IMG/VR virus record: IMGVR_UViG_3300042520_000420
Span: 1-62,749 of that record
DNA length: 62,749 nucleotides
Strand: one strand, 5' to 3'
Source: a virus
Lineage: Duplodnaviria; Caudoviricetes
Part shown: positions 36,778 through 45,625 of the stretch, in pieces
How positions within the stretch are numbered: position 1 is the first letter of the stretch
Layout: each line of letters opens with the position of its first letter
Notes under the pieces: model-generated
What the model was told of the DNA's origin: nothing
The model's database searches: none
The model's input: only the letters and a program-made list of their open reading frames with translations
Made by a program: the position numbers and the translations under genes

Positions 36778-37168
36778 ATTCGATATTCAGGCGGTAGATC
36801 TGTCGGGTATTTTGAATACCTCGGCGGAGGAAAAGGCAAAACAAGTGCCAGATCCAGCAACCTTTTACCTCTTATGTGTTTTACCAGAGGTAGAAGAAGA
36901 GTATGAAAGCGGTCTTGCAAAGGCTGGGCAAACCATGCATTACGAAGAAATACTGTCGCCAGTGTTGTTCGTTGTGAAAATGGGGCCTGATGCGTTTAAA
37001 GACACCAAGCGGTTTCCGTCTGGGCCTTCATGCAAAACTGGGGATTTCGTCCTTGTCCGACCCAATACTGGGACTCGGATCAAGATTCATGGCAAAGAAT
37101 TTCGCCTGATCAACGATGACAGCGTAGAAGCTGTTGTTCAAGATCCTCGTGGAATAACCCGTGCGTAA
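36770..37168 (+). CDS. groES: GroES-like co-chaperonin
   Basis: VVKMGPDA...GDFVL...GTRIKIHGKEFRLINDDSVEAVV. Confidence 0.8.
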   Translation: MTEFDIQAVDLSGILNTSAEEKAKQVPDPATFYLLCVLPEVEEEYESGLAKAGQTMHYEEILSPVLFVVKMGPDAFKDTKRFPSGPSCKTGDFVLVRPNTGTRIKIHGKEFRLINDDSVEAVVQDPRGITRA

Positions 37169-37179
37169 GGGAAAAAATC

Positions 37180-38133
37180 ATGTCCGATAACGAGAAAACT
37201 GAATTTGAATTTCAGGACTCTGAGATTGAGCAGCCAAAACGTGGGCTTCTTATGACCGAACCAGAGCCGGAAATTGAAATTGTTGATGACACGCCTGAAG
37301 ATGATCGTGGGCGAACCCCCATGACATCACCTCCTCAAGAGCCAACCGATGAGGAATTGGAGTCATATTCAAAGCGAGACCGCAACAAAATTCGTGAATT
37401 TACTAAGGGTTATCACGAAGAACGCAGAGCAAAAGAGGCAGCTCTTAGAGAAAAGGAAGAGGCTATTCGCATAGCCCAAACCGTTTTTGAAGAGAATAAG
37501 CGCCTCAAAGGCACTGTAAACACCAGTCAATCTGCTCTATTAGAGCAGGCTAAAAAAGTGGTTGCACAAGAGTTGGAAGAGGCTCGGCGCAAATACAAGT
37601 CAGCCTATGAATCAGGGGACTCCGATGCTTTAGTCCAAGCTCAGGAAGAAATGACCACGGCTAAGATGAAGGTGGAGCGTGTAAACAATTTTAAGCCAGC
37701 CCCTTTACAGGAGCAGGAAAATGTTGTACAAACCAAGCACCTGCAAGCAGAACCCGCTCCAGATCCTAAAGCTGAGAATTGGCGAAAACAAAATTCTTGG
37801 TGGGGATCGGATAAGGAAATGACCAGTTTTGCGCTTGGAGTGCATGACAAGCTGGTTAATGACGAGGGTGTTGATCCTCAAAGTGACGATTACTATTTGC
37901 GCTTAAATGGTAGGTTACGCCAAGTATTCCCAGATAAGTTTGAGTCTGGTGAATCCGATGATTCGAAATCTCATCGCCCTAAATCAAGCGTTGTTGCTTC
38001 TGCAAGCAGAAGTGTTGCGCCCAGAAAAATCACACTTTCCCAGTCAGAAGTCAACATTGCCAAGCGGCTTGGAGTTCCATTGGAACAATATGCTCGTGAG
38101 GTAGCGGTTTTAAGGAGAAATCAAAATGGATGA
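37180..38133 (+). CDS. Putative capsid scaffolding protein
   Basis: Acidic coiled-coil; C-terminal IAKRLGVPLEQYA; upstream of the capsid genes. Confidence 0.7.
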   Translation: MSDNEKTEFEFQDSEIEQPKRGLLMTEPEPEIEIVDDTPEDDRGRTPMTSPPQEPTDEELESYSKRDRNKIREFTKGYHEERRAKEAALREKEEAIRIAQTVFEENKRLKGTVNTSQSALLEQAKKVVAQELEEARRKYKSAYESGDSDALVQAQEEMTTAKMKVERVNNFKPAPLQEQENVVQTKHLQAEPAPDPKAENWRKQNSWWGSDKEMTSFALGVHDKLVNDEGVDPQSDDYYLRLNGRLRQVFPDKFESGESDDSKSHRPKSSVVASASRSVAPRKITLSQSEVNIAKRLGVPLEQYAREVAVLRRNQNG

Positions 38134-38578
38134 TCAAAAACGTGAAAAAAGATCTGTAGAGTCCCGTGAAGCAGAGATGCGCCCCAAACGTTGGATGCCG
38201 CCTCAATTGCTACCTGAACCTGAAAAGGAAGATGGTTGGGATTTCCGTTGGATTCGTATTTCCATGTTAGGAAAAGATGATCCAGTAAATGCTTCTACGA
38301 AATTCCGTGAGGGTTGGGAGCCTGTGAAGGCCATCACCCAACCAAAACTCCGCATGTTAAATAACCCTAACGGGCGTTTTCCAGACGGAATTGAAATTGG
38401 TGGATTGCTTCTTTGCAAAACCCCTGTTGAGTTCACCCGTGACCGTGATGCGTACTTCCAAGAACAGGCAAGAGCGCAGATGGAATCAGTGGACAACAAC
38501 TTTATGCGTGAAAGTGACGCAAGAATGCCTCTTTTCAGTGAGCGGCGTTCTAAGGTCTCATTTGGTAAATCAATCTAA
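38126..38578 (+). CDS. Conserved head-module protein
   Basis: FRWIR...REGWEPV...GGLLLCK. Confidence 0.65.
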   Translation: MDDQKREKRSVESREAEMRPKRWMPPQLLPEPEKEDGWDFRWIRISMLGKDDPVNASTKFREGWEPVKAITQPKLRMLNNPNGRFPDGIEIGGLLLCKTPVEFTRDRDAYFQEQARAQMESVDNNFMRESDARMPLFSERRSKVSFGKSI

Positions 38579-38594
38579 CTTTGGAGCTTAAAAC

Positions 38595-39191
38595 ATGGCT
38601 TACCCCACTGTCTCAGCACCCTACGGTCTAAAGCCTATCAATTCAATTGATGGCAAGCCCTATGCAGGTGCTTTTCGGCAGATTCCCGTTGCAGCCGCAT
38701 TTGGCACTGCTATCTTCTTTGGAGATACAGTACAAATCGACAGCAATGGCTATCTGATTAAATCAACTTCTACCAATGCTGGCACTATTGTTGGCGTTTG
38801 CGTAGGCGGCTCGTATGTCAACTCCAGCGGTCAAACCGTTGAGGGTCAGTACATTCCTGCATCCGTATCAACTACAACCAACTATGCTTATGCGTATGTT
38901 GTAGATGACCAACAAGCCTTGTTCAAAGTAGCCGTTGTTACCTCTGGTACAACTATGGGTACTGCGGCTCGTGCTGATGTTGGCTCTAACGTGGCATTGG
39001 TTCTGAACGCTGGTAGCACTACCACCGGCAATTCAGCCTTTGCTGTAACTTTAACGGGTGCTGGTACTACTGCCACTATCCCAATCCGTGTGATCGATGT
39101 TGTGCCTGAAACCGCTACTGCGGCAGATGCTTTCACCGAGCTGTTGGTGAAAATCAACGCACACCAGTACAACAACACCACTGGTGTTTAA
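38595..39191 (+). CDS. Capsid decoration/minor head protein
   Basis: APYGLKP...IFFGD; T/A/G-rich; directly before the major capsid gene. Confidence 0.65.
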   Translation: MAYPTVSAPYGLKPINSIDGKPYAGAFRQIPVAAAFGTAIFFGDTVQIDSNGYLIKSTSTNAGTIVGVCVGGSYVNSSGQTVEGQYIPASVSTTTNYAYAYVVDDQQALFKVAVVTSGTTMGTAARADVGSNVALVLNAGSTTTGNSAFAVTLTGAGTTATIPIRVIDVVPETATAADAFTELLVKINAHQYNNTTGV

Positions 39192-39201
39192 GGAGTAAGA
39201 A

Positions 39202-40113
39202 ATGGCAATTTCTCGTGCGCAACTACTGAAAGAACTGCTTCCCGGTTTGAACGCTTTGTTTGGCTTGGAATACAAGACTTACGGCGAGCAACACAAAGAG
39301 ATCTACGAAACCGAGACCTCAGAGCGTTCTTTTGAAGAAGAAACCAAGCTGTCAGGCTTTTCTGCTGCACCCGTCAAGAACGAAGGCTCCGCCATCGCTT
39401 ATGACAATGCACAAGAAGCATGGACTGCTCGTTACAACCACGAAACCATCGCAATGGGCTTCTCCATCACTGAAGAAGCTGTGGAAGACAATCTGTATGA
39501 CAGCTTGTCCAGCCGCTATACCAAAGCATTGGCTCGTGCGATGTCTTACACCAAGCAGGTCAAGGCCGCTTTTGTGTTGAACAATGCGTTCACCACTACA
39601 GTGACCTACGGTGACGGCGTTACCTTGTGTAGCACCGCCCACCCCCTGATCTCTGGTGGCACAAACAGCAACCGCCCAACTACTGGCGCTGACTTGAATG
39701 AAACTTCGTTGGAAAACGCTGTCATTCAAATCGCAGGCTGGACAGATGAGCGTGGCTTGCTGATTGCTGCCAAGCCTAAGAAATTGGTTGTGCCTCCCGC
39801 ACTCCAGTTCGTTGCTACTCGTTTGTTGGAAACCGAACTCCGTGTCGGAACAGCTGACAACGACATCAACGCCATTAAGAACAACGGCTCCATCCCCGGC
39901 GGATACACTGTCAATAACTATTTGACAGACACAAACGCTTGGTTCTTGTTGACTGACGTTCCTAACGGTCTGAAGCACTTCATCCGTACCCCCATGTCTA
40001 CCGGCATGGACGGCGACTTTGATACCGGCAACGTCCGTTACAAAGCCCGTGAGCGTTATAGCTTCGGCGTATCTGATCCTTTGGGCATTTTCGGGTCTCC
40101 CGGATCGTCCTAA
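39202..40113 (+). CDS. Major capsid protein
   Basis: MAISRAQLLKELLPGLNALFGLEY...KKLVVPPAL...DFDTGNVRYKARERYSFG; followed by a terminator. Confidence 0.92.
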   Translation: MAISRAQLLKELLPGLNALFGLEYKTYGEQHKEIYETETSERSFEEETKLSGFSAAPVKNEGSAIAYDNAQEAWTARYNHETIAMGFSITEEAVEDNLYDSLSSRYTKALARAMSYTKQVKAAFVLNNAFTTTVTYGDGVTLCSTAHPLISGGTNSNRPTTGADLNETSLENAVIQIAGWTDERGLLIAAKPKKLVVPPALQFVATRLLETELRVGTADNDINAIKNNGSIPGGYTVNNYLTDTNAWFLLTDVPNGLKHFIRTPMSTGMDGDFDTGNVRYKARERYSFGVSDPLGIFGSPGSS

Positions 40114-40120
40114 GCAGCAG

Positions 40121-40149
40121 AAAAAAAGGGGGCTTTGGCTCCCTTTTTT
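40121..40149 (+). terminator. Intrinsic (possibly bidirectional) terminator after the major capsid gene
   Basis: AAAAAAAGGGGGC-TTTG-GCTCCCTTTTTT. Confidence 0.8.
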
Positions 40150-40150
40150 A

Positions 40151-40179
40151 TTGCCATTGTTTAAACAGCATGGTATAAA
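40151..40179 (+). promoter_or_regulatory. Sigma70-like promoter with GTTTAAAC in its spacer
   Basis: TTGCCA-N17-TATAAA with an extended -10 TG. Confidence 0.55.
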
Positions 40180-40188
40180 CAACACATC

Positions 40189-40262
40189 CCGGGGTCATCC
40201 GGTGTATCTGACAGTCCCGGCTGACGACATGCAGACAGATACGCCCCACTTGCATGTAAGGA
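40189..40262 (+). ncRNA. Candidate double-pseudoknot 5' leader RNA
   Basis: Pairs 40189-94/40215-20, 40201-10/40236-45 and 40227-33/40251-57, ending at the RBS AAGGA. Confidence 0.55.
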
Positions 40263-40269
40263 AAAAATC

Positions 40270-40869
40270 ATGGCATTAACCACATTCTCCGGCCCAGTCT
40301 CTTCCCTTAATGGTTTTATCGGTGGTACAGCCGCTAGCCCTATTGTTGAAACCACTGCTGGCAACGTATCTGAGTTTTACGCTACGACCTCAGCCACCAC
40401 TGGCGATACACGTTTGTCGTATAACCGATTGGAATTTACTTCCACCGGTTCTGGCGAAACTTTTCGTGCTTTAACCCGAGTTACGGGTGCAAATGCTGCT
40501 ACAGGCGGCACAATCAACGGTGCGCACATTTCTACTTCAATTAACACAGGCGGCACGATCTCTGGTGCGGCTAACGCTATTCGTGCAACCTTGGGGGGTT
40601 CTGTAGCTACTCCGGGCGGCACTTTGGCTGTTCTGCAGTTGGACACAGATTACTCTGTTAACGCTTCTTTGCCCGGTACAGCTTCGTTTATTCGTGTAAC
40701 GGACAGCGGCGCAAACACAGGGGAGGTTCCTTTGTTGATGAACATTGAAACAGCCCCTGCCGCTACGATTGCGCCCACTGCAAGCAGCGTAACTACTGTG
40801 TCTAAAGCAATCAAAGTGATGATTGGCGGCACTGTGTATTACGTTCCTGCTTACGCTACATTCGCATAA
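40270..40869 (+). CDS. Putative structural (head fibre-like) protein
   Basis: MALTTFSGPVSSLNGF; T/A/G-rich. Confidence 0.6.
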   Translation: MALTTFSGPVSSLNGFIGGTAASPIVETTAGNVSEFYATTSATTGDTRLSYNRLEFTSTGSGETFRALTRVTGANAATGGTINGAHISTSINTGGTISGAANAIRATLGGSVATPGGTLAVLQLDTDYSVNASLPGTASFIRVTDSGANTGEVPLLMNIETAPAATIAPTASSVTTVSKAIKVMIGGTVYYVPAYATFA

Positions 40870-41039
40870 TGCAGATCACCAAGGAATTCTTGGAGACTGA
40901 GATTCGTGACCTTGAGACTGAAGCACAAAAAGCCCAAACCTTTTTAATTCAAGCTCAGGCCACGATCCAAGCGTACAAGATGCTCATAAACAGAATAGAA
41001 GCACCAGAACTGGAGCAGCAAAATGGCGATGCAATATGA
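40869..41039 (+). CDS. Small coiled-coil protein (not in the ORF track)
   Basis: MQITKEFLETEIRDLETEAQKAQ...; TAATG overlap. Confidence 0.6.
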   Translation: MQITKEFLETEIRDLETEAQKAQTFLIQAQATIQAYKMLINRIEAPELEQQNGDAI

Positions 41040-41538
41040 CGTAAAACAAGGACACTTAAACCAAAGCGGGTTTTTTGTGCTTGGACGCAACCGTGTAAAG
41101 GGTGTTTCTTTTTATGGTGGCAGTGGCACTCTTGTATTGTTTGATACAACCACAGCTCCAGTAACTTCAAGTGTTAGTTATGGTCGTAGCAGCACAACCG
41201 TAACAATAACCAAGACAGCCCACGGTTTGTCTACGGGTGCTGTTGTTGGAATTCACTTTGACGGCGGTTCTGGTGGCGCTGCTACTGATGGCAATTACAG
41301 TATTACTAGAGTAGACGCTGATACATTTACGCTAACCGACATCAATACTGGGAATATTACAGGTTCTCCGGCAGCGGTTTATGTTAGCGGCGCAAATCGT
41401 TGGCTGTTAACCTATGAAACGCACTCATCAGATGAGTTCCAGAATGCTCCACTTATTCCCGGCGAAGGTGTATTGGCAGCAAATGGAATTTACGCCTATA
41501 TGAATGCAATTGACGCAGCGCAGATTTACTATGGCTGA
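41023..41538 (+). CDS. Structural protein with a beta-barrel insert
   Basis: TVTITKTAHGLSTG...DGNYSITRVDADTFT; IPGEGVL...GIY. Confidence 0.6.
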   Translation: MAMQYDVKQGHLNQSGFFVLGRNRVKGVSFYGGSGTLVLFDTTTAPVTSSVSYGRSSTTVTITKTAHGLSTGAVVGIHFDGGSGGAATDGNYSITRVDADTFTLTDINTGNITGSPAAVYVSGANRWLLTYETHSSDEFQNAPLIPGEGVLAANGIYAYMNAIDAAQIYYG

Positions 41539-42274
41539 CAAGAGCTTTAACTTAATTGGTCGCAAGCTAATGATTGCGATCCCTTGTTACGATGGCAAAG
41601 TAAACATCAGAACTGCTTTTGCCATTGCTGAACTTGTGCCTAAGTTAGACAAGATGGGTGTACGACTAAGCCTCGTACACATATCTGGTTGCTCAATCAT
41701 TACCAAGGCTCGCAATAAGCTGGTTCGTAACTTCATGGAGTCAGATTGCACAGACTTTTTGTTTGTGGACTCTGATGTTGTGATTAATACGGATGCTGTT
41801 ACTCGCTTGCTTGCGCTGTCATCAGACAAAGATGTTGTGGCTGGATCGTACCCACGCAGATCAAAAGACACCAAATTTTTCTTGGATTTTTATCTAGACG
41901 AAGATGGTCAGTTAGAGTTTGACAATCATGGATTGATGCGTGTTGAAAGTGTTTCCACTGGCTTCATGCTTGTGCGCCGCCATGTGTTTGAACACATGAT
42001 TGAGAAGCATCCTGAGTGGCAATACAAAGGCGATGGTGACGGCGAAACAGAACACGCCATCTTTGACTTTATGATTCTTGATGGTCAATATATTGGCGAA
42101 GACTATGCTTTCTGTTTGAGAGCAAGGACTGAAGGATTTAAGATTTACTTAGATCCTATGATTAGTCTTCCCCATATTGGCACAGAAGAATTTACACGGG
42201 ACTTTGAGAAAGATGTTTTGAGGCCACTTCTTAAGGATCGTTCAAAACCTCAATTGAAAGTTGCAAATGGCTAG
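41531..42274 (+). CDS. GT-A fold glycosyltransferase
   Basis: IAIPCY...ARNKLV...FLFVDSD...TGFMLVRR...GEDYAFC...HIG. Confidence 0.82.
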   Translation: MADKSFNLIGRKLMIAIPCYDGKVNIRTAFAIAELVPKLDKMGVRLSLVHISGCSIITKARNKLVRNFMESDCTDFLFVDSDVVINTDAVTRLLALSSDKDVVAGSYPRRSKDTKFFLDFYLDEDGQLEFDNHGLMRVESVSTGFMLVRRHVFEHMIEKHPEWQYKGDGDGETEHAIFDFMILDGQYIGEDYAFCLRARTEGFKIYLDPMISLPHIGTEEFTRDFEKDVLRPLLKDRSKPQLKVANG

Positions 42275-42578
42275 TCCAGCATGGCAGAGAAAAGAAGGCA
42301 AGAGCGAGAAGGGCGGATTGAACGCCAAAGGGCGAGCCTCTGCCAAGAAACAAGGGATGAATCTGAAGCCTCCACAGCCAGAGGGCGGCAAACGGCGAGA
42401 CTCTTTCTGCGCCCGTATGGAAGGCATGAAGAAGAAATTGACGAGCGAAAAGACCGCCAAGGATCCAGATTCGAGGATTAACAAAAGCCTTCGTGCATGG
42501 AATTGCGCTGATGGCGGATATGTAACTCAAGCCGATGGTTGTGCTACTAAAGGCAAAACGAAGGGTAGGTTTGTTTAA
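42267..42578 (+). CDS. Small basic protein (DUF6321-like) with a C-terminal ADGCATKGKT tag
   Basis: AWQRKEGK...GGLNAKGRAS...RRDSFCARM. Confidence 0.7.
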   Translation: MASPAWQRKEGKSEKGGLNAKGRASAKKQGMNLKPPQPEGGKRRDSFCARMEGMKKKLTSEKTAKDPDSRINKSLRAWNCADGGYVTQADGCATKGKTKGRFV

Positions 42579-43058
42579 ATGGCAAAAATTGGGAAAAAAC
42601 CAACCGATGACCAGCTTCTTGAGGGTGGCGGTGGCGGTGGCGGATATAGCTCTTCCATCAAAGGGACAAAATGGAGCAGTATGCCCTCTTTCAAGGGAAG
42701 CTCCAGCACTTTAGACGACCTTAAAAAATTAACAGCAAAGCCAACCAAGGCAAAAGGCGCTGCAAAGCGAGCCTTTGAGATGGCGCAAGATCGTGCTGTA
42801 AGCCGCACGGTTGCCAGAGGCGCAGGCGCTTCCGCTCTTGCCGCAGGTGCAAAATCTATGACGGGTAAAGATGCCACTGCTTCCGATTCTTCTAAATCAG
42901 ATGATTACGAAGATATGGGTGGCGATGTAAGCTTGGACTATTCAAATCCTACAGGCGTTGCTGGCAGGGGAATGAAGGGCGGCGGTAAAGTCTCTAGCGC
43001 CTCCAAGCGAGCAGATGGTATAGCCCAAAAAGGAAAAACAAAAGGACGGATGTTGTAA
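42579..43058 (+). CDS. Low-complexity protein with a C-terminal RADGIAQKGKT tag
   Basis: Shared C-terminal motif. Confidence 0.65.
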   Translation: MAKIGKKPTDDQLLEGGGGGGGYSSSIKGTKWSSMPSFKGSSSTLDDLKKLTAKPTKAKGAAKRAFEMAQDRAVSRTVARGAGASALAAGAKSMTGKDATASDSSKSDDYEDMGGDVSLDYSNPTGVAGRGMKGGGKVSSASKRADGIAQKGKTKGRML

Positions 43059-43297
43059 TGGACATCAACACCATTTGGTCTGCTGGCTTATCTGTCCTGA
43101 TGGGTGGACTGTGGTTTTTCATTCGTGAAAAATTTGATGAACTAAATCGTTTAAACATATTACTTAACCGAACACGAGAGGAAATAGCCCGTGATTACGC
43201 AACTAACGCAGAAGTGCAAAGAATTACTGACCACATTGACCAGCGTTTTAACAAGCTGGAAGCAAAAATTGACCAACTTATTCAAGCGGGGCGATAA
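43058..43297 (+). CDS. Small membrane-anchored coiled-coil protein
   Basis: N-terminal hydrophobic helix; LLNRTREEIA. Confidence 0.65.
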   Translation: MDINTIWSAGLSVLMGGLWFFIREKFDELNRLNILLNRTREEIARDYATNAEVQRITDHIDQRFNKLEAKIDQLIQAGR

Positions 43298-43299
43298 AG

Positions 43300-43785
43300 A
43301 TGCCCAGCACAAGTAAGAAGCAACACAATTTCATGGCTGCGGTGGCGAACAACCCATCTTTTGCCAAGAAAGTGGGAGTCCCACAGTCTGTGGGTAAAGA
43401 TTTCAGCAAGGCCGACAAAGGCAAAACGTTTAAACAAGGTGGTGACATGAAAGAATCTAAAGCAATGGTTAAAAAAGAAATTGGCTTTATGAAAGCCAAG
43501 GGCGCTCCTAAGTCTATGGTCAAGCATGAGATGGCTGAGATGAAGGGTGCAAAAAAGATGGCTGGCGGCGGTATGCCTATGGTTATGAAAGACGGACAAA
43601 AAGTTCCAGCTTTTGCCGCAGACGGCAAGGGCAAAATGGCTCACGGTGGTGTAGCTAAAAAAATGATGGGTGGCGGTATGGCCTACGCCAAGGGTGGATC
43701 TGCATCTAGTCGTGCTGACGGTATTGCTCGTAAAGGCAAAACCCAAGGTACTCAAGTAAAAATGAATCGTGGCGGTAAATGCTAA
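43300..43785 (+). CDS. K/G/M-rich protein with MxxGG repeats and a RADGIA tag
   Basis: MPSTSKKQHNFMAAVA...; shared motifs. Confidence 0.7.
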   Translation: MPSTSKKQHNFMAAVANNPSFAKKVGVPQSVGKDFSKADKGKTFKQGGDMKESKAMVKKEIGFMKAKGAPKSMVKHEMAEMKGAKKMAGGGMPMVMKDGQKVPAFAADGKGKMAHGGVAKKMMGGGMAYAKGGSASSRADGIARKGKTQGTQVKMNRGGKC

Positions 43786-43795
43786 GAGGTGAATC

Positions 43796-44692
43796 ATGGC
43801 TAAAACTATGAAGAAAAAACGTTTTGACGAAGGCGGAGTCCTTCGGACTCGCTCTGATGATGAGATTGGGGACACCGATCCACGCACTGGTATCGTCACA
43901 CCCGGAAGCTTTGACCGCCGTAGAGCGCAGGGTGAAAAAAATCTTCAGGCCTTTAAGAGCTTTTTTGGCATGGGATCCGCCAAACCAAGTGCTGATGTCG
44001 ATCAAGGGTCTGTGCCTACTGCTTCCACATACTTTGATCGCCGCAGAGAAGCACCGACTCCAGCTCTTGTGTCTCCAGCCGCTGATTCTGCAATGAATCA
44101 AAGTATTCGTGAGGCTATTTCAAAGCGCCCAACCAGCATGTCTCCCAATACTTCTCAGGGTCAAGACCGCTCGGTTACGCCAAGCGTTATACCCTCATCT
44201 CCAGCCAACCCACCTGCTCCTAAGAAAAAGCCACCTACTCCCAAACCGTCAGTCCAGCCATCAAAAGGCGGATCAGGTGGCGGCAGAGGGCCAACAGCTC
44301 AACAGCTACAAGATTACGCCAAACAAAAGGATGCTCAACGTAAGGCTGATTACGACAAAGCAAACAAAGAGGCGGCAACTCCAGCGGGTAAGGCCAAGCG
44401 CAGTGAGCGTGAGAAAGCTGAAGCCATCGTCACTGATACAGATGTAATGCCAATTCCCGGCGGAAGCGCAATATCTGCCGCAGCAAAGCTTGCTAAGAAA
44501 TTGGCTCAAATGGGCAAAAAGGCAAAATCGACAGCTCCTTTTATGAAGGAGATTGGCAACGAGCCTTTGAAGCTTGGGATGAATCGGGGTGGCTCTGTCA
44601 AGAAGATGGCTTCTGGTGGGTTAACCGGAAATGCATCTAAACGTGCTGATGGTATTGCCCAGCGTGGCAGAACCAAATGCAAAACTTATTGA
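43796..44692 (+). CDS. Low-complexity protein with a C-terminal RADGIA tag
   Basis: Shared motifs; GAGG RBS. Confidence 0.65.
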   Translation: MAKTMKKKRFDEGGVLRTRSDDEIGDTDPRTGIVTPGSFDRRRAQGEKNLQAFKSFFGMGSAKPSADVDQGSVPTASTYFDRRREAPTPALVSPAADSAMNQSIREAISKRPTSMSPNTSQGQDRSVTPSVIPSSPANPPAPKKKPPTPKPSVQPSKGGSGGGRGPTAQQLQDYAKQKDAQRKADYDKANKEAATPAGKAKRSEREKAEAIVTDTDVMPIPGGSAISAAAKLAKKLAQMGKKAKSTAPFMKEIGNEPLKLGMNRGGSVKKMASGGLTGNASKRADGIAQRGRTKCKTY

Positions 44693-44700
44693 GGTGAACC

Positions 44701-45105
44701 ATGAAATATGCTTATACTGCGTCCCCCGGAAAAACATCAGACGACAAGTTTGAAATTGAAAAGCTAAAAAAAGGTGAAGCGGAACTTCGTGAAAGCGATG
44801 TACCTAACCGTAAAGCTATGCGTGTCATGCAAGGCAATAGTTTGTCTGGATTTATGAATCCTAAAGCCGGAGCGGGTCGTGGCAAACAAGGCGGCCCTAC
44901 AGCCAAAGAACTTCAAGAAGAGCCAATGACCGCAGGTCAGAAGCAGTCTATGCAAGAAGCAAAAGACGAGGAAGCGTATCAGAAGAGAAAGACTGCGCCC
45001 ACAACCAAGACGGAAATGGGCAAGGCATTTGCTAAAGGCGGCTCGGCTTCCAGCCGTGCAGACGGTATTGCCCAGCGTGGCAAGACTCGTGGGATGATGT
45101 GCTAA
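44701..45105 (+). CDS. Small protein with a C-terminal RADGIA tag
   Basis: FAKGGSASSRADGIAQRGKTRG. Confidence 0.65.
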   Translation: MKYAYTASPGKTSDDKFEIEKLKKGEAELRESDVPNRKAMRVMQGNSLSGFMNPKAGAGRGKQGGPTAKELQEEPMTAGQKQSMQEAKDEEAYQKRKTAPTTKTEMGKAFAKGGSASSRADGIAQRGKTRGMMC

Positions 45106-45395
45106 TGATGCCGAGCAGAGGCATGGGAGCCGTTAATCCCGACAAAATCAAAAAGCCAAGGATCATCCATAAAAAGGATGGGAACTTCCCCGTTGAAGTT
45201 TTTAAAGAGGGCGGAGAAGTAAAGTCTAAGGTAAATGAAGCTGGTAACTACACGAAACCCAGTTTGCGTAAAAAGATTGTGTCTCAGGTCAAGGCGGCGG
45301 CAACTCATGGCACGGGAGCTGGTCAGTGGTCGGCAAGAAAAGCACAGTTGGTGGCAAAGAAATACAAGGCAGCAGGCGGAGGTTACAAAGATTGA
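45105..45395 (+). CDS. Small basic protein
   Basis: NYTKPSLRK...GQWSARKAQL...YKAAGGGY. Confidence 0.65.
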   Translation: MMPSRGMGAVNPDKIKKPRIIHKKDGNFPVEVFKEGGEVKSKVNEAGNYTKPSLRKKIVSQVKAAATHGTGAGQWSARKAQLVAKKYKAAGGGYKD

Positions 45396-45625
45396 AAGCG
45401 CCGCAGACTTCTCTTAAAAACTGGGGCGACCAGAAATGGCGCACTAAGTCGGGGAAGCCTTCGTCAAAAACAGGTGAGAGGTATCTCCCTGAAGCGGCTA
45501 TCAAGTCTTTGTCTCCTGCTGAATATGCTGCGACAACCAAAGCCAAGCGTAAGGGTAAGGCGGCGGGTAAGCAGTTTGTAGCCCAGCCTAAAGGTATTGC
45601 AAAGAAAACAGCAGGATTTAGATAA
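45392..45625 (+). CDS. Small basic protein (DUF5872-like)
   Basis: QTSLKNWGDQKWRTKSGKPS...TGERYLP; TTG start. Confidence 0.65.
   Translation: MKAPQTSLKNWGDQKWRTKSGKPSSKTGERYLPEAAIKSLSPAEYAATTKAKRKGKAAGKQFVAQPKGIAKKTAGFR

Noticed and set aside
40221-40266. Hammerhead ribozyme (CTGACGA...GAAA)
   Set aside because: The GAAA is part of the RBS and I could not build stems I and III with a proper cleavage triplet. The pseudoknot model fits better.
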